From NCBI GenBank assembly GCA_046598395.1, contig JBKJIQ010000047.1:81434-145433 (forward strand): DNA of 64,000 bases, read 5' to 3'. This stretch comes from Acidimicrobiia bacterium (lineage in GTDB: Bacteria; Actinomycetota; Acidimicrobiia; IMCC26256; JAENVU01). Below, piece after piece: positions 9,627-18,984 of the stretch. Each line of letters starts with the position of its first letter. Position 1 is the stretch's first letter. Made by a program: the position numbers and the translations under genes. The notes beneath the pieces are model-generated. The model was given only the letters and a program-made list of their open reading frames with translations. It was not told the origin of the DNA and did not search any database.

Positions 9627-11087
9627 TCATGCGGGCCAGACGACGGACTGGAGGTCGCTGTAGGCGTGAAGTCCGAAGGAACCGCCGTCGCGGCCCACCC
9701 CGGACTGTTTCGTGCCGCCGAACGGGGTCTCCTGATTGCGCTGCACCGTGTTGATACCGATGTTCCCCGCTCGCATCCGCCGACTCACCGCCATGGCTCG
9801 AGCACTGTCCCCGCTGAAGACGTAGTCGTAGAGACCGAACTCGGTGCCGTTGGCGAGCGCGATGCCTTCGTCGTCGTCGTCGAACGGTATCGCCACGATC
9901 ACCGGGCCGAAGATCTCTTCTTGCACGACGCGCATCCCGCCGCGACACCCTGCGATGAGCGTGGGCTCCACGTACCAACCGCGCTCCAGCTGGCTCGGCC
10001 GAGCACCGCCCGCCAGCACCTCGCCGCCTTCTTCGATCCCCGAAGCCACGTAGCCCTCGATGCGATCACGGTGCGATTCGGTAATCACCGGACCCACCAC
10101 GGTGTCGCGCTCCAAGGGGTCGCCCACCTTCAGCATTGATGCCATCTTGGCGAGCCCGGCCACCACCGGTTCGTAGATCGACCGGTGCACAATCGCGCGG
10201 GTCGGCGCCGTGCAGATCTGGCCCGAGTGGAAGGTCCACACCGAACCGATCATGGCGACCGCGTTCTTCACGTCGGCATCGTCGAGCACCAGCGCGGCAC
10301 CCTTGCCGCCGAGCTCGAGGAGTTGACGCTTCATGCCCGCGCCCGCGACTTCACCGATGCGCGCGCCCACCCCACTCGATCCCGTAAAACTCACCATGTC
10401 GACGTTGGAAGATGCAACCAATGCTTCGCCGCTCTCCGGCGTTGAGCCCACCACGATGTTGATCACCCCGGACGGAAACCCCACCTGTTCCAAGAGCGCA
10501 ACCAGTTTGATGATGGCCAACGGGTCCTGGCCCGCCGGACGCACCACCACGGTGTTGCCCATCGCGAGCGCAGGTGCGATCTTGCCCACCATGTTCACGA
10601 TCGGGAAGTTGTACGACGTGATGCACGCCACCACGCCCACGGGCTGGCGCCGCGCGATTGCACCAATCACTCCGCCGGGCGCCAACGGTGTCCCGGCCAC
10701 CTCTTGGGGCGGCAACGGAATCACGGTCGGTTCCAATGCACCCCGGGCGTAGCGACCGAACCGCACCGCAGCCTGCGGCACTTGCATCGCCTTGCCGACC
10801 GTTGCGGTGCAACCGGTCTCGGCGATCACCAACGGAATGAAATCGTCGCGCTGCGCGTGCAACGCCTTGCCCGCCGCATCGAGCAGGTTGGCGCGTTCCT
10901 CCGGGGTGGTGCGGGACCACGAATCGAACGCTTCCCGGGCGGCACCCGCCGCAGCTTCGGCCTGAGCCGCCGAGGCCTCCGGGGCGCGACCCACCACTTC
11001 CTCGGTCGCAGGATTCACGATCGGGTACGTGCCGTGGTCACCATCGACCCACGACCCACCGATCAACAGCTGATACTCGTCAGTCAC
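9627..11087 (-). CDS. NAD(P)-dependent aldehyde dehydrogenase
   Basis: 486 aa. ELGGKGAALVL and FHSGQICTAPTR carry the catalytic Glu and Cys motifs of the ALDH family. Confidence 0.92.
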   Translation of the reverse strand: MTDEYQLLIGGSWVDGDHGTYPIVNPATEEVVGRAPEASAAQAEAAAGAAREAFDSWSRTTPEERANLLDAAGKALHAQRDDFIPLVIAETGCTATVGKAMQVPQAAVRFGRYARGALEPTVIPLPPQEVAGTPLAPGGVIGAIARRQPVGVVACITSYNFPIVNMVGKIAPALAMGNTVVVRPAGQDPLAIIKLVALLEQVGFPSGVINIVVGSTPESGEALVASSNVDMVSFTGSSGVGARIGEVAGAGMKRQLLELGGKGAALVLDDADVKNAVAMIGSVWTFHSGQICTAPTRAIVHRSIYEPVVAGLAKMASMLKVGDPLERDTVVGPVITESHRDRIEGYVASGIEEGGEVLAGGARPSQLERGWYVEPTLIAGCRGGMRVVQEEIFGPVIVAIPFDDDDEGIALANGTEFGLYDYVFSGDSARAMAVSRRMRAGNIGINTVQRNQETPFGGTKQSGVGRDGGSFGLHAYSDLQSVVWPA

Positions 11088-11165
11088 TCGCTTGTCCCCC
11101 GACTCGATTGCGTGAACCGATATTAGAACCTGTTCTCATTCCCCGCCTACCCATACAGTGACGCC

Positions 11166-12044
11166 ATGGAACTGAGCCGAGTTGGTCTTTGGACGCATGC
11201 GTTGGATGGGCTCCCCGCCGGACAGGCCGGGGAGGTCGCGGCGGAGATCGAGGAACTCGGTTACGGCGCACTGTGGCTCCCGGAGATGGCCGGGCGCGAC
11301 CCACTCGTTGCGGCGTCGTTGTACCTCGGGGCCACATCCAGGCTCGTGGTCGCCACCGGTATCGCCAACATCTACGGCCGAGACGCGCTGGCCATGGCGT
11401 GCGGTCACAAAGCGCTCACGGAGGCCTACCCCGATCGATTCCTGCTGGGGCTCGGCGTGAGTCATGCGCCCGCGGTTGAAGGACTCCGCGGTCACACGTA
11501 TGGCCCGCCGCTCACCATGATGCGCGAATACCTCGATGCCATGGATCGCGCCCCGTACTTCGCGGCCGCGCCGAGCACCGAGCCCACACGCGTGCTCGCC
11601 GCCCTCGGACCGAAGATGCTGGAACTCGCGGCGCAGCGAGCGGCCGGCGCGCATCCGTACTTCGTTCCGGTCGAGCACACGGCGTACGCCCGCGAGCATC
11701 TCGGACCCGATGCACTCCTCGCGCCGGAGCAGATGGTGGTACTCGAGACCGACCCGGACACGGCCCGGACCATCGCCCGGCGCGCGATGAAGACCTACCT
11801 CGCGCTCCCGAACTACACGAACAACCTGCGCCGGTTGGGATGGGGTGATCACGACCTCGAGCACGGCGGGTCCGACAAGCTGGTCGACGCGATCGTGGTG
11901 TGGGGTGACGAGTCGGCCATCAAAGACCGGGTCGAAGCACATCACCGCGCCGGCGCGGACCATGTGTGCATTCAGGTGCTCGCCGAAGACTTCTTCGGAG
12001 TCCCGAGCGCGCAGTGGCGCACGCTCGCAGACGCACTCCTCTAG
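11166..12044 (+). CDS. LLM-class F420/flavin-dependent oxidoreductase
   Basis: 292 aa with an ATG start. Motifs: LWLPEMAGRDP and DRFLLGLGVSH. Confidence 0.88.
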   Translation: MELSRVGLWTHALDGLPAGQAGEVAAEIEELGYGALWLPEMAGRDPLVAASLYLGATSRLVVATGIANIYGRDALAMACGHKALTEAYPDRFLLGLGVSHAPAVEGLRGHTYGPPLTMMREYLDAMDRAPYFAAAPSTEPTRVLAALGPKMLELAAQRAAGAHPYFVPVEHTAYAREHLGPDALLAPEQMVVLETDPDTARTIARRAMKTYLALPNYTNNLRRLGWGDHDLEHGGSDKLVDAIVVWGDESAIKDRVEAHHRAGADHVCIQVLAEDFFGVPSAQWRTLADALL

Positions 12045-12070
12045 CGCTAGCGCCGTCGTGACAGAAGTCC

Positions 12071-12958
12071 TCAGGTGGTCGAAGCGGCGAAGATGCTGCC
12101 GATCGACGCGTCGAGCATGGCGTCGAACTCGGCGGTCGATTGCTGCGCCGACAGACCCTCGGTGAGCGCCCGCGAGAAGCTGGCGATGACGCCGGTGTTG
12201 CGAGCCAAGCGCGCGTTGGCAACGTCGCGGGAGTAACCCCCGGACAGCGCCACCACCTTCAGCACGCGTGGGTGGTCCACGAGCTCGGCGTAGAAGTTGT
12301 CCGTCTCCGGCAAGGTGAGCTTGAGCATCACCTGCTGGTCATCACCGAGGGTGCCCACCTGCGCAAGGATCGCGGCTTTCAACAGGTCCTCGGCGGCGGC
12401 CTTCTCCGGGCTGTGAATATCGATCTCGGGCTCAATAATCGGAACCAGTCCGGCCGCGATGATCTGGCGGCCGACATCGAACTGTTGATCCACCACGGCA
12501 CTTACGCCCGCGGCGTTCGCCAGCTTGATCACGGAACGCATCTTGGTGCCGAACACTCCCTTTTCGAGCGCGTGGGCGAGGAGCGCATCGAGGTCCGACA
12601 TCGGCTTCATGATCTGCGCGCCGTCGACCTCGTCGGCCAGACCTTTGTCGACCTTGAGGAACGGGACGACCTTCTTGTTGGACCACAGGAACTCCGCGGT
12701 CCCCACGCCGTCGATATGACGGTCCATCGTGCCCTCGAAGAGAATCGCACCCAACACTCGGTCGCCGTTGAAGCTCGGACTCGTGATGATCCGGCTCCGC
12801 ATCTCGTGCATCTTGGTGAACATCTCTTCGTCACCGGAGTACTCACTCTCCTCCACGCCGTAGAGCGCGAGGGCCTTCGGAGTGCTTCCACCGCTTTGGT
12901 CGAGCGCGGCGATGAATCCCGGACGGGTCGCGATGGCGTTCCGCTGGTCACTGTTCAT
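12071..12958 (-). CDS. class I fructose-bisphosphate aldolase
   Basis: GFIAALDQSGGSTPKALALYG is the recognisable class I FBA N-terminal block. I chose the ATG at 12958 (MNSDQRN...), which has GAGGA upstream. The track ORF extends to 12982. Confidence 0.88.
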   Translation of the reverse strand: MNSDQRNAIATRPGFIAALDQSGGSTPKALALYGVEESEYSGDEEMFTKMHEMRSRIITSPSFNGDRVLGAILFEGTMDRHIDGVGTAEFLWSNKKVVPFLKVDKGLADEVDGAQIMKPMSDLDALLAHALEKGVFGTKMRSVIKLANAAGVSAVVDQQFDVGRQIIAAGLVPIIEPEIDIHSPEKAAAEDLLKAAILAQVGTLGDDQQVMLKLTLPETDNFYAELVDHPRVLKVVALSGGYSRDVANARLARNTGVIASFSRALTEGLSAQQSTAEFDAMLDASIGSIFAASTT

Positions 12959-13054
12959 GATCGAAGTCCTCATGGTTGGCACGGCTCATCAAGGCCGCCG
13001 CGTGGGTGGAGCGTCGGTGATCGGAGAAAAGAGTAGGTGCTGGCCCATCGCCGG

Positions 13055-14272
13055 TTACGCGTCGAGGTCGAGGCGCAACATTCGAATGGCGTTCGTGCGC
13101 ACGATCTGCACGATGCTGGCGTCGTCGAGGTCGGCCATGATGTCCATGGCCACCTTGCGGGAGTGCGGCCAGGTGGAGTCGGAGTGGGGGTAGTCGGTTT
13201 CGAAGGTGACGGTCTCCACGCCAATCTCATCCAGTGATTTCAAGCCATGGGGATCGTCGAAGAAGCACCCGAAGACGTGCTCGCGGTAGGCCTGGCTCGG
13301 CGGCACCTTCACCGTGTCGGCCACACCGCCCCACCCGCGATTCTCGGCCCACACCTTGTCGGCCCGATCCAAGACGTACGGGATCCAACCGATCTGGCCT
13401 TCGGAGAACGCGAGCTGCAGATCCGGAATGCGTTCCAACACGCCGGACATCAGATAGTCGGTGAGCGACATCGCCGCGTTCATGTAGGTGAGGGTGGAGC
13501 TGACCGCCGGTGGTGCATCGGCGGACGTCGACGGCATCTTGGAACTCGAGCCGATGTGCATCGACACCACGGTCTCGGTCTCGGCACACGCCGTGAAGAA
13601 TGGGTCCCAGTAGTGATCCGGGTCGTGAATCGACGGCAACCCGAGGAACGGTGGGATCTCGCTGAAGCAGACTGCATGGGCGCCGCGCGCCGCGTTGCGA
13701 CGTACCTCATCGGCGGCCAACTGTGCGTCCCACAGCTGGATGATCGGCAACGGAATGAGGCGACCACCAGAACCCGCACACCACTCGTCGAACTGCCAAT
13801 CGTTGTACGCCTTCACGCAGAGGTCGGCGAGTTCCTTGTCTTCGCGCTCGAGGAACGTCTGGCCGCAGAACCGCGGGAACGTGGGGAAGGACAGCGACGC
13901 CTCGACCCAGTTGGTGTCCATATCGATGAGCCGCTCCACCGGATTCCAGCAGCCGGGGCGCATGTCCTCCATAGTGATGGGACTCACTGTGATCTCCTCG
14001 CGCGGGACTCCCGCCGCGGCCATCACCCGGGTGAGCGGGTACCGAAGGTCCTCGATGTCCCACCAGTCGCACCAGGTGCCATCTTCACCCGGATCGGATT
14101 CGCGGTAGCTGAAGACGCCGCCCACGAAGTTCATCTCCGCCACCTTGCGCCGATGCATGGTGGGGCCGATTTCCCGGAACTTCTCCGGCAGGCGATCCAC
14201 CCATACGTTGGCGGGTTCCATCACGTGATCGTCGACGGAAATGATCTTCGGGAACTCTTCCGGGCTGAACAT
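13055..14272 (-). CDS. amidohydrolase-2 family metal-dependent hydrolase/decarboxylase
   Basis: 405 aa. The N-terminal ISVDDHVMEP and overall pattern are typical of the ACMSD-like amidohydrolase_2 family. Confidence 0.85.
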   Translation of the reverse strand: MFSPEEFPKIISVDDHVMEPANVWVDRLPEKFREIGPTMHRRKVAEMNFVGGVFSYRESDPGEDGTWCDWWDIEDLRYPLTRVMAAAGVPREEITVSPITMEDMRPGCWNPVERLIDMDTNWVEASLSFPTFPRFCGQTFLEREDKELADLCVKAYNDWQFDEWCAGSGGRLIPLPIIQLWDAQLAADEVRRNAARGAHAVCFSEIPPFLGLPSIHDPDHYWDPFFTACAETETVVSMHIGSSSKMPSTSADAPPAVSSTLTYMNAAMSLTDYLMSGVLERIPDLQLAFSEGQIGWIPYVLDRADKVWAENRGWGGVADTVKVPPSQAYREHVFGCFFDDPHGLKSLDEIGVETVTFETDYPHSDSTWPHSRKVAMDIMADLDDASIVQIVRTNAIRMLRLDLDA

Positions 14273-14285
14273 GGCGCCACGTTAC

Positions 14286-14304
14286 ATCTGACGACCCGTC
14301 AGAT
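14286..14304. promoter_or_regulatory. candidate operator, site 2 of the shared box; perfect palindrome ATCTGACG-ACC-CGTCAGAT
   Basis: Perfect 8-bp arms with a 3-bp spacer. It lies 14 nt upstream of the amidohydrolase start (14272) and 52 nt upstream of the MFS start (14356). An extra CTGACG half-site sits at 14308..14313. Confidence 0.55.
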
Positions 14305-14355
14305 CCGCTGACGCAGGGCCTTCAGTTCGGTCGACGGTGGTTCGATAGCTGAACC

Positions 14356-15747
14356 GTGAGCAATGGTTCGGGGACCTCCGTAGGACGCGTGGCGTTTCTG
14401 GCTGGGCTCGGCGGCGCGCTCTTCGGCTACGACACCGGCGTCATCGGCGGAGCCCAGCTTTTCATCCAGAAGGACTTCCACCTGTCGTCGTTGTCCGACG
14501 AGGTCCTCGTGGCCTGTGTTCTCATCGGCGCGATTTTCGGGTCTCTGATCGCCGGCAGCCTGGTGACCCGCATCGGTCGCCGGCACACGATTGGCGTCTC
14601 CGCGCTGCTGTTCATCGTTGGATCCGTCGCCGCGGCGGGCAGCCCGAATGCATCCTTTCTCGACGCCGCGCGCATTGTGGTGGGGATCGCGATCGGCATC
14701 GTCTCCGTGGCGGCGCCGCTCTACATTGCCGAGGTCGCACCCGCGGCTCGGCGGGGATCGCTGGTGGCGATCTACCAACTTGCGATCACCATTGGGATTT
14801 TTGCGGCGTACCTCGTGGACGAAGTCTTTGCGCACGACGAGGCCTGGCGCATCATGTTCGCGATCGGCGTGGCGCCCGCGGTCCTCCTCTTGGTGGGTCT
14901 GCGCGGACTCCCCGAATCACCGAGATGGCTCCTGGACCGCGGACGACGCGACGAAGCGGTTGCCGTCCTCGGCATCATGGATGCAAGCCGACCGGCCACG
15001 GAATCTCTCGCCGAAATCGACGAGGCTCGCGCCGGTGAGACAGGGCGCGGCTGGCGGGAACTCGCAGCGACGACCGCGCGTCGAGCACTCATCATCGCGG
15101 TAGGGCTCGCCCTGATCCAGCAACTGACCGGGATCAACACGATCATCTATTACGCACCGCGCATCTTCCAAGATGCCGGCCTCGGGTCCGCCTCCGCTGC
15201 CATCTGGGCTTCGATCACCGTGAGCATCGTGAACGTTGCGTCCACGTTCATTGCGATCCGGTTCGTGGATCGGGTGGGCCGCAAGCCATTGCTGACCATC
15301 GGCCTCATCGGCATGATCGGCGCGCTCCTCGCGCTCACCTTCGCATTCGCGATTGGCGACTCCGGTTCGGGCTTCGGCATCACCAGCGTGATCACCATTG
15401 GTGCGTTGTGGGTCTACGTGGGGTTCTTCGCCTTCTCGCTCGGGCCGATCGTGTGGATCGTCATCTCGGAGATCTTCCCGGCACCGGTGCGCGGACCGGG
15501 AAACGCGCTGGCCACCATGGCGGGTTGGATCGGGAACCTCGTGGTGTCGCTCACGTTCCTCAGCCTCATCGACGCGCTCGGCGAATCCGCCACCTTCGGG
15601 CTCTACGCGGCCGTGGGCATCGGCTCGGTGCTGTTCGTCCGCTCGCGGGTGCCCGAGACCAAGGGTCGCAGCCTCGAAGAGATCCAGAGCGAGCTGTCAG
15701 GACGGCGGTCAGGGGAACAGCCCAGAGTTGTCAGCCTCGTTCCCTGA
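14356..15747 (+). CDS. MFS sugar-porter family transporter
   Basis: 463 aa with a GTG start. Signature blocks: GGALFGYDTGVIGG, PESPRWL and PETKGRSLEEI. Confidence 0.92.
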   Translation: MSNGSGTSVGRVAFLAGLGGALFGYDTGVIGGAQLFIQKDFHLSSLSDEVLVACVLIGAIFGSLIAGSLVTRIGRRHTIGVSALLFIVGSVAAAGSPNASFLDAARIVVGIAIGIVSVAAPLYIAEVAPAARRGSLVAIYQLAITIGIFAAYLVDEVFAHDEAWRIMFAIGVAPAVLLLVGLRGLPESPRWLLDRGRRDEAVAVLGIMDASRPATESLAEIDEARAGETGRGWRELAATTARRALIIAVGLALIQQLTGINTIIYYAPRIFQDAGLGSASAAIWASITVSIVNVASTFIAIRFVDRVGRKPLLTIGLIGMIGALLALTFAFAIGDSGSGFGITSVITIGALWVYVGFFAFSLGPIVWIVISEIFPAPVRGPGNALATMAGWIGNLVVSLTFLSLIDALGESATFGLYAAVGIGSVLFVRSRVPETKGRSLEEIQSELSGRRSGEQPRVVSLVP

Positions 15748-15788
15748 CGACTCCCTCAACCAACCTGGCTTGACGGGAACGAAGATGA

Positions 15789-16388
15789 TCAGCCGTCAGA
15801 CCCGACGCGAAGCGGGTGACAATCCAGTACCGCGGGGAGCAGCATGCTGGACTCCCCATATGGGCACCGAGCAATCGTCGCACCCCGAATCAAGATCGAC
15901 GCGTGCCATCGACTCGAACGGCGTATCCGTGGCATAAGCGCAAGCGGTACCGACATCGATGACCGTCTTCTCCCATTGAAGAACGCCGTATGCAGGTCAC
16001 GTTGTACTGGTGTGGGCACAAATTGGAACAGGCTGCGATAGGCACCGCTGTTTGGCCCTACCCGCGAAAAGCTCAAATCGTAAAGCTTCGGTGTGATTGT
16101 CACGATCAGACCAACGGACTCATCCGCTTGCGACGGCGCCGGGGGCGCGTCCCAAGAAACCACCAGGCTCTCGCCAACCACCTTCAGCCGGACCCTCGTT
16201 TCCTTCACCCTTCCGGCAGCCCCACATTTCGCCCATGGCGTTGAGCGCACCCGCTGAGGTGTCGTCGCCGCGCACGCACGACTACTGGAACAGTTTCGGC
16301 TGGCCGCTCCATCTTCGCCGCCACAGGCAGCCGTCGAAACGAGGATCAGCGCGATGACGGCGGCGGGGTGTAACCGCCGATGGCCCAT
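15789..16388 (-). CDS. hypothetical lipoprotein with atypical composition
   Basis: The ATG at 16388 gives MGHRRLHPAAVIALILVSTAACGG, i.e. a signal peptide plus lipobox Cys. The middle of the translation looks beta-rich. The region is about 55% GC in two 60-nt lines I counted. It uses TTA, AGA-AGA and ATA codons and has no recognisable family. Confidence 0.45.
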   Translation of the reverse strand: MGHRRLHPAAVIALILVSTAACGGEDGAASRNCSSSRACAATTPQRVRSTPWAKCGAAGRVKETRVRLKVVGESLVVSWDAPPAPSQADESVGLIVTITPKLYDLSFSRVGPNSGAYRSLFQFVPTPVQRDLHTAFFNGRRRSSMSVPLALMPRIRRSSRWHASILIRGATIARCPYGESSMLLPAVLDCHPLRVGSDG

Positions 16389-16436
16389 GGACATCTGGGA
16401 CCCCAGATCAAGCCTCAAAGCAGCAGCTTCATCGGC

Positions 16437-17063
16437 CTATCGCCAGGCCGCGAGCACCGCGCCGGTCAGGGTCAAGGTCGCCACGAGCGAGAGCGTGTTC
16501 GCGATGACCGCCGCCGCGTAATCGTCGGGCACTCCGGCAACCGCGTCGGTGGGCATCACGAATTGGTAGCCGCGGTTCACCGCGTCGAACGCGAAGTTGG
16601 TCATCCCGATGTTGACCGATACGCCGACGCCCACAATCGTGGTCACCCCCAAGTTGCGCAACATCGGATCGAGCTGCGTCCCCGTCATCGGACCAAGGCC
16701 GTGATGGCGACCCAACACCACATCGCGCGCATCAACGCCGATCGCCGCGGGGACTCCCACCGCGTCCGATCCCGGCGCCAGCTGTACCGCAGCCTTGCGC
16801 ACCCCGGCAAACAGACGCGCGTTGCGGTTCGCACCAACGAGATCGGAACGGGTCTCCGCCGTGCAATGAAACACCGGTACCCCAATCTCGCGGGCACGTG
16901 CCGCGAGCGCAGCACAGTGTTCGATCAACCCGACGCGCGCGCCGGACGCCGCGAGCTCGGGCAACACCGACGGTTCGCCCACTACACCGTTCTGCACCTC
17001 CTGCAACACGAGCGCGGTGTGGCCGGCTGCAACCAACTCGGACAGATCCAGGGCCATGGTCAT
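16437..17063 (-). CDS. isochorismatase-family hydrolase
   Basis: The ATG at 17063 forms an ATGA overlap with the upstream ligase stop (17060). ...TALVLQEVQNGVV...VFHC...TTIVGVGVSVNIGMTNFAFDAVNRGY resembles the isochorismatase-like fold. Confidence 0.8.
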   Translation of the reverse strand: MTMALDLSELVAAGHTALVLQEVQNGVVGEPSVLPELAASGARVGLIEHCAALAARAREIGVPVFHCTAETRSDLVGANRNARLFAGVRKAAVQLAPGSDAVGVPAAIGVDARDVVLGRHHGLGPMTGTQLDPMLRNLGVTTIVGVGVSVNIGMTNFAFDAVNRGYQFVMPTDAVAGVPDDYAAAVIANTLSLVATLTLTGAVLAAWR

Positions 17064-18736
17064 TCCTCCGCGAACTGCAAATCGGCGTCGTCCATCAACA
17101 CGGCCTTCACGACTTTGCCCGTGGCGTTTCGGGGCAGCGGCTCGGTGCGGAACTCCCAGTGCGTCGGGACCTTGAAATAGGCAAGCGTCTCCGCACAAAA
17201 GGCCGAGAGTTCCTCGGGCGTTGCGGTCATGTCCGGCATCGCCACGATGACCGCCTTGACCTCCTGGCCGAGCGCTTCATGATCCACCGGAATCACGGCA
17301 ACTTCTGCGACCGCAGGATGTGCCTCTAACCGGTTTTCGATCTCGATTGGGTAGATGTTCTCACCGCCGCGCAGGATGAGATCGCGCTTGCGGGTTGCGA
17401 GGTAGAGGCGCCCGCCTTCTATGTGTCCGATGTCGCCGGTTCGAAGCCATCCGCCCGCCAGAATGGTGGCCGCGGTCTCCTCGGGTCTGCCCCAATATCC
17501 CGGCATCACCATGGGACCGCGCAGGAGGATCTCGCCGTCTTCTCCGTCGGGCAGCGCCGCGCCCATCACACCATCGTCGGAGACATCGCGAATCGTCAGC
17601 TGCACCGTCGGCAACGGCCGGCCGGCCGACTCGGGAAAGGCAACCAGTTCATCTCCCGCGTTGATCGTCGCCAACGCGGCGCACTCCGTCTGTCCGTACC
17701 CCACGCCCATGGCCCCGCGCAGGTTCGGGATCGCCTCGCGTGCCTTTTCCAAGAGCGCGGGCGAGAACGCCGAGCCACCGCCACCGCCTTGACGCAACCC
17801 GGTGAGGTCGTACTCCGCCAAGCGAGGGTGATGAATCACTCGGTGCAACATCGTCACCGTGTACGACCAGCCAGTAATCCCCTCGTCCTGAATCAGGCCC
17901 ATCACCACCTCGGGATCGAACCGACCGAGGGTCCACACCGAGCGCGTTCCGGAAATCATGAACGCGATGGCACCCATGTGGAGACCGGAAACGTGGAACA
18001 GCGGGTACGTGACCAACTGACAGACCGGGACTCCGCTCGCCGCTCCCCGCTTGCTCATGGCCATCCGTGCTCCATGAAAGAATGAGATTCCGATGGCGGC
18101 GAGCACGTTGCGATGCGTGTTCACCGCGCCCTTGGGCCGTCCCGTGGTTCCGCTCGTGTAAAGAATCAGTGCAGGGTCGTCCTCGGCAATGGGCTGGGTC
18201 GGCAGTGGCTCATCCGGATAGGCATTCCACGCGCGCTCGAACTCGTCCTCGATCACCAGCGTCGGAACCCCCGGGTCTTCGCCACCGAGACGTTCGAGCC
18301 GTTTGCGGTCGGCGATGAGCAAGGCGGGGTCACAATCCGCGATGCCGTAACGGATTTCGTCACCCACCCACCAACCATTGAGCCCCACCGCGATCGCACC
18401 CAAGCTGATCGTCGCCCAGAACGCCACAATCCATTCGGGGCAGTTCGCCGCGAGAATCGCGACTCGATCGCCGGGACCGACACCGTATTCCTCACGCAGG
18501 ACCCGGGCGACCGACGCCACCGCGCGCTGATGCTCACGGTGGGTGACCACGCGTCGCGTGTCGCGGTCACAGAACACCACGTACTCGCGATCGTCGAAGG
18601 CCTCCGCAGCCACGAGTGCATCCCGAAGGTTGGTAAGGCGGTTGGCAAACACCGTCATCGATTCGCCGCCCACCACTGCGGTCGTCACCTCAAAGAAGCC
18701 GCCCGACGCAGTCAACTGCACTTCGAGCGCGGCCAT
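17060..18736 (-). CDS. AMP-dependent acyl-CoA synthetase/ligase
   Basis: Motifs YTSGTTGRPKGAVNTH and GYGQTE. I chose the ATG at 18736 (MAALEVQL...). The track ORF begins with a TTG at 18808, so the start is uncertain by about 24 codons. Confidence 0.88.
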   Translation of the reverse strand: MAALEVQLTASGGFFEVTTAVVGGESMTVFANRLTNLRDALVAAEAFDDREYVVFCDRDTRRVVTHREHQRAVASVARVLREEYGVGPGDRVAILAANCPEWIVAFWATISLGAIAVGLNGWWVGDEIRYGIADCDPALLIADRKRLERLGGEDPGVPTLVIEDEFERAWNAYPDEPLPTQPIAEDDPALILYTSGTTGRPKGAVNTHRNVLAAIGISFFHGARMAMSKRGAASGVPVCQLVTYPLFHVSGLHMGAIAFMISGTRSVWTLGRFDPEVVMGLIQDEGITGWSYTVTMLHRVIHHPRLAEYDLTGLRQGGGGGSAFSPALLEKAREAIPNLRGAMGVGYGQTECAALATINAGDELVAFPESAGRPLPTVQLTIRDVSDDGVMGAALPDGEDGEILLRGPMVMPGYWGRPEETAATILAGGWLRTGDIGHIEGGRLYLATRKRDLILRGGENIYPIEIENRLEAHPAVAEVAVIPVDHEALGQEVKAVIVAMPDMTATPEELSAFCAETLAYFKVPTHWEFRTEPLPRNATGKVVKAVLMDDADLQFAEE

Positions 18737-18984
18737 GCCATCTGGAATCCCGGCTGCGTCCACCTCGCGGAGGCTAGCCACGCACGGCGAGACCCAACGG
18801 GAGCCCAAGGCTCAGAAAATATTCTCCGCGTGACTAGGAATTCGTCGGCTCATCGTGCACAATGGGTGGGTCCCCGGGAGCAGGCTGCGGGCCACCCTGC
18901 CCGGTCCGCCGGTCGCCCCGGGGGCATTTCATTTTCGCAGCAAAAACCGTCAACTCCTGCGGTCGTTCTGTCGATGTACCCACC

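Noticed and set aside
12044-12053. Palindrome GCGCTAGCGC between the convergent LLM and FBA genes as a terminator
   Set aside because: It is perfectly symmetric with no loop, so it cannot form a stable hairpin. It overlaps the stop codon and is probably fortuitous.
15748-16436. Low-GC islet as an integrated mobile element
   Set aside because: I could find no integrase or transposase, no tRNA target and no flanking direct or inverted repeats. It is kept only as a compositional anomaly.
18737-18984. tRNA or small structured RNA in the longest intergenic gap
   Set aside because: No cloverleaf-compatible arms or a T-loop GTTCRA-type motif were seen by eye. This cannot be excluded without a covariance-model search.
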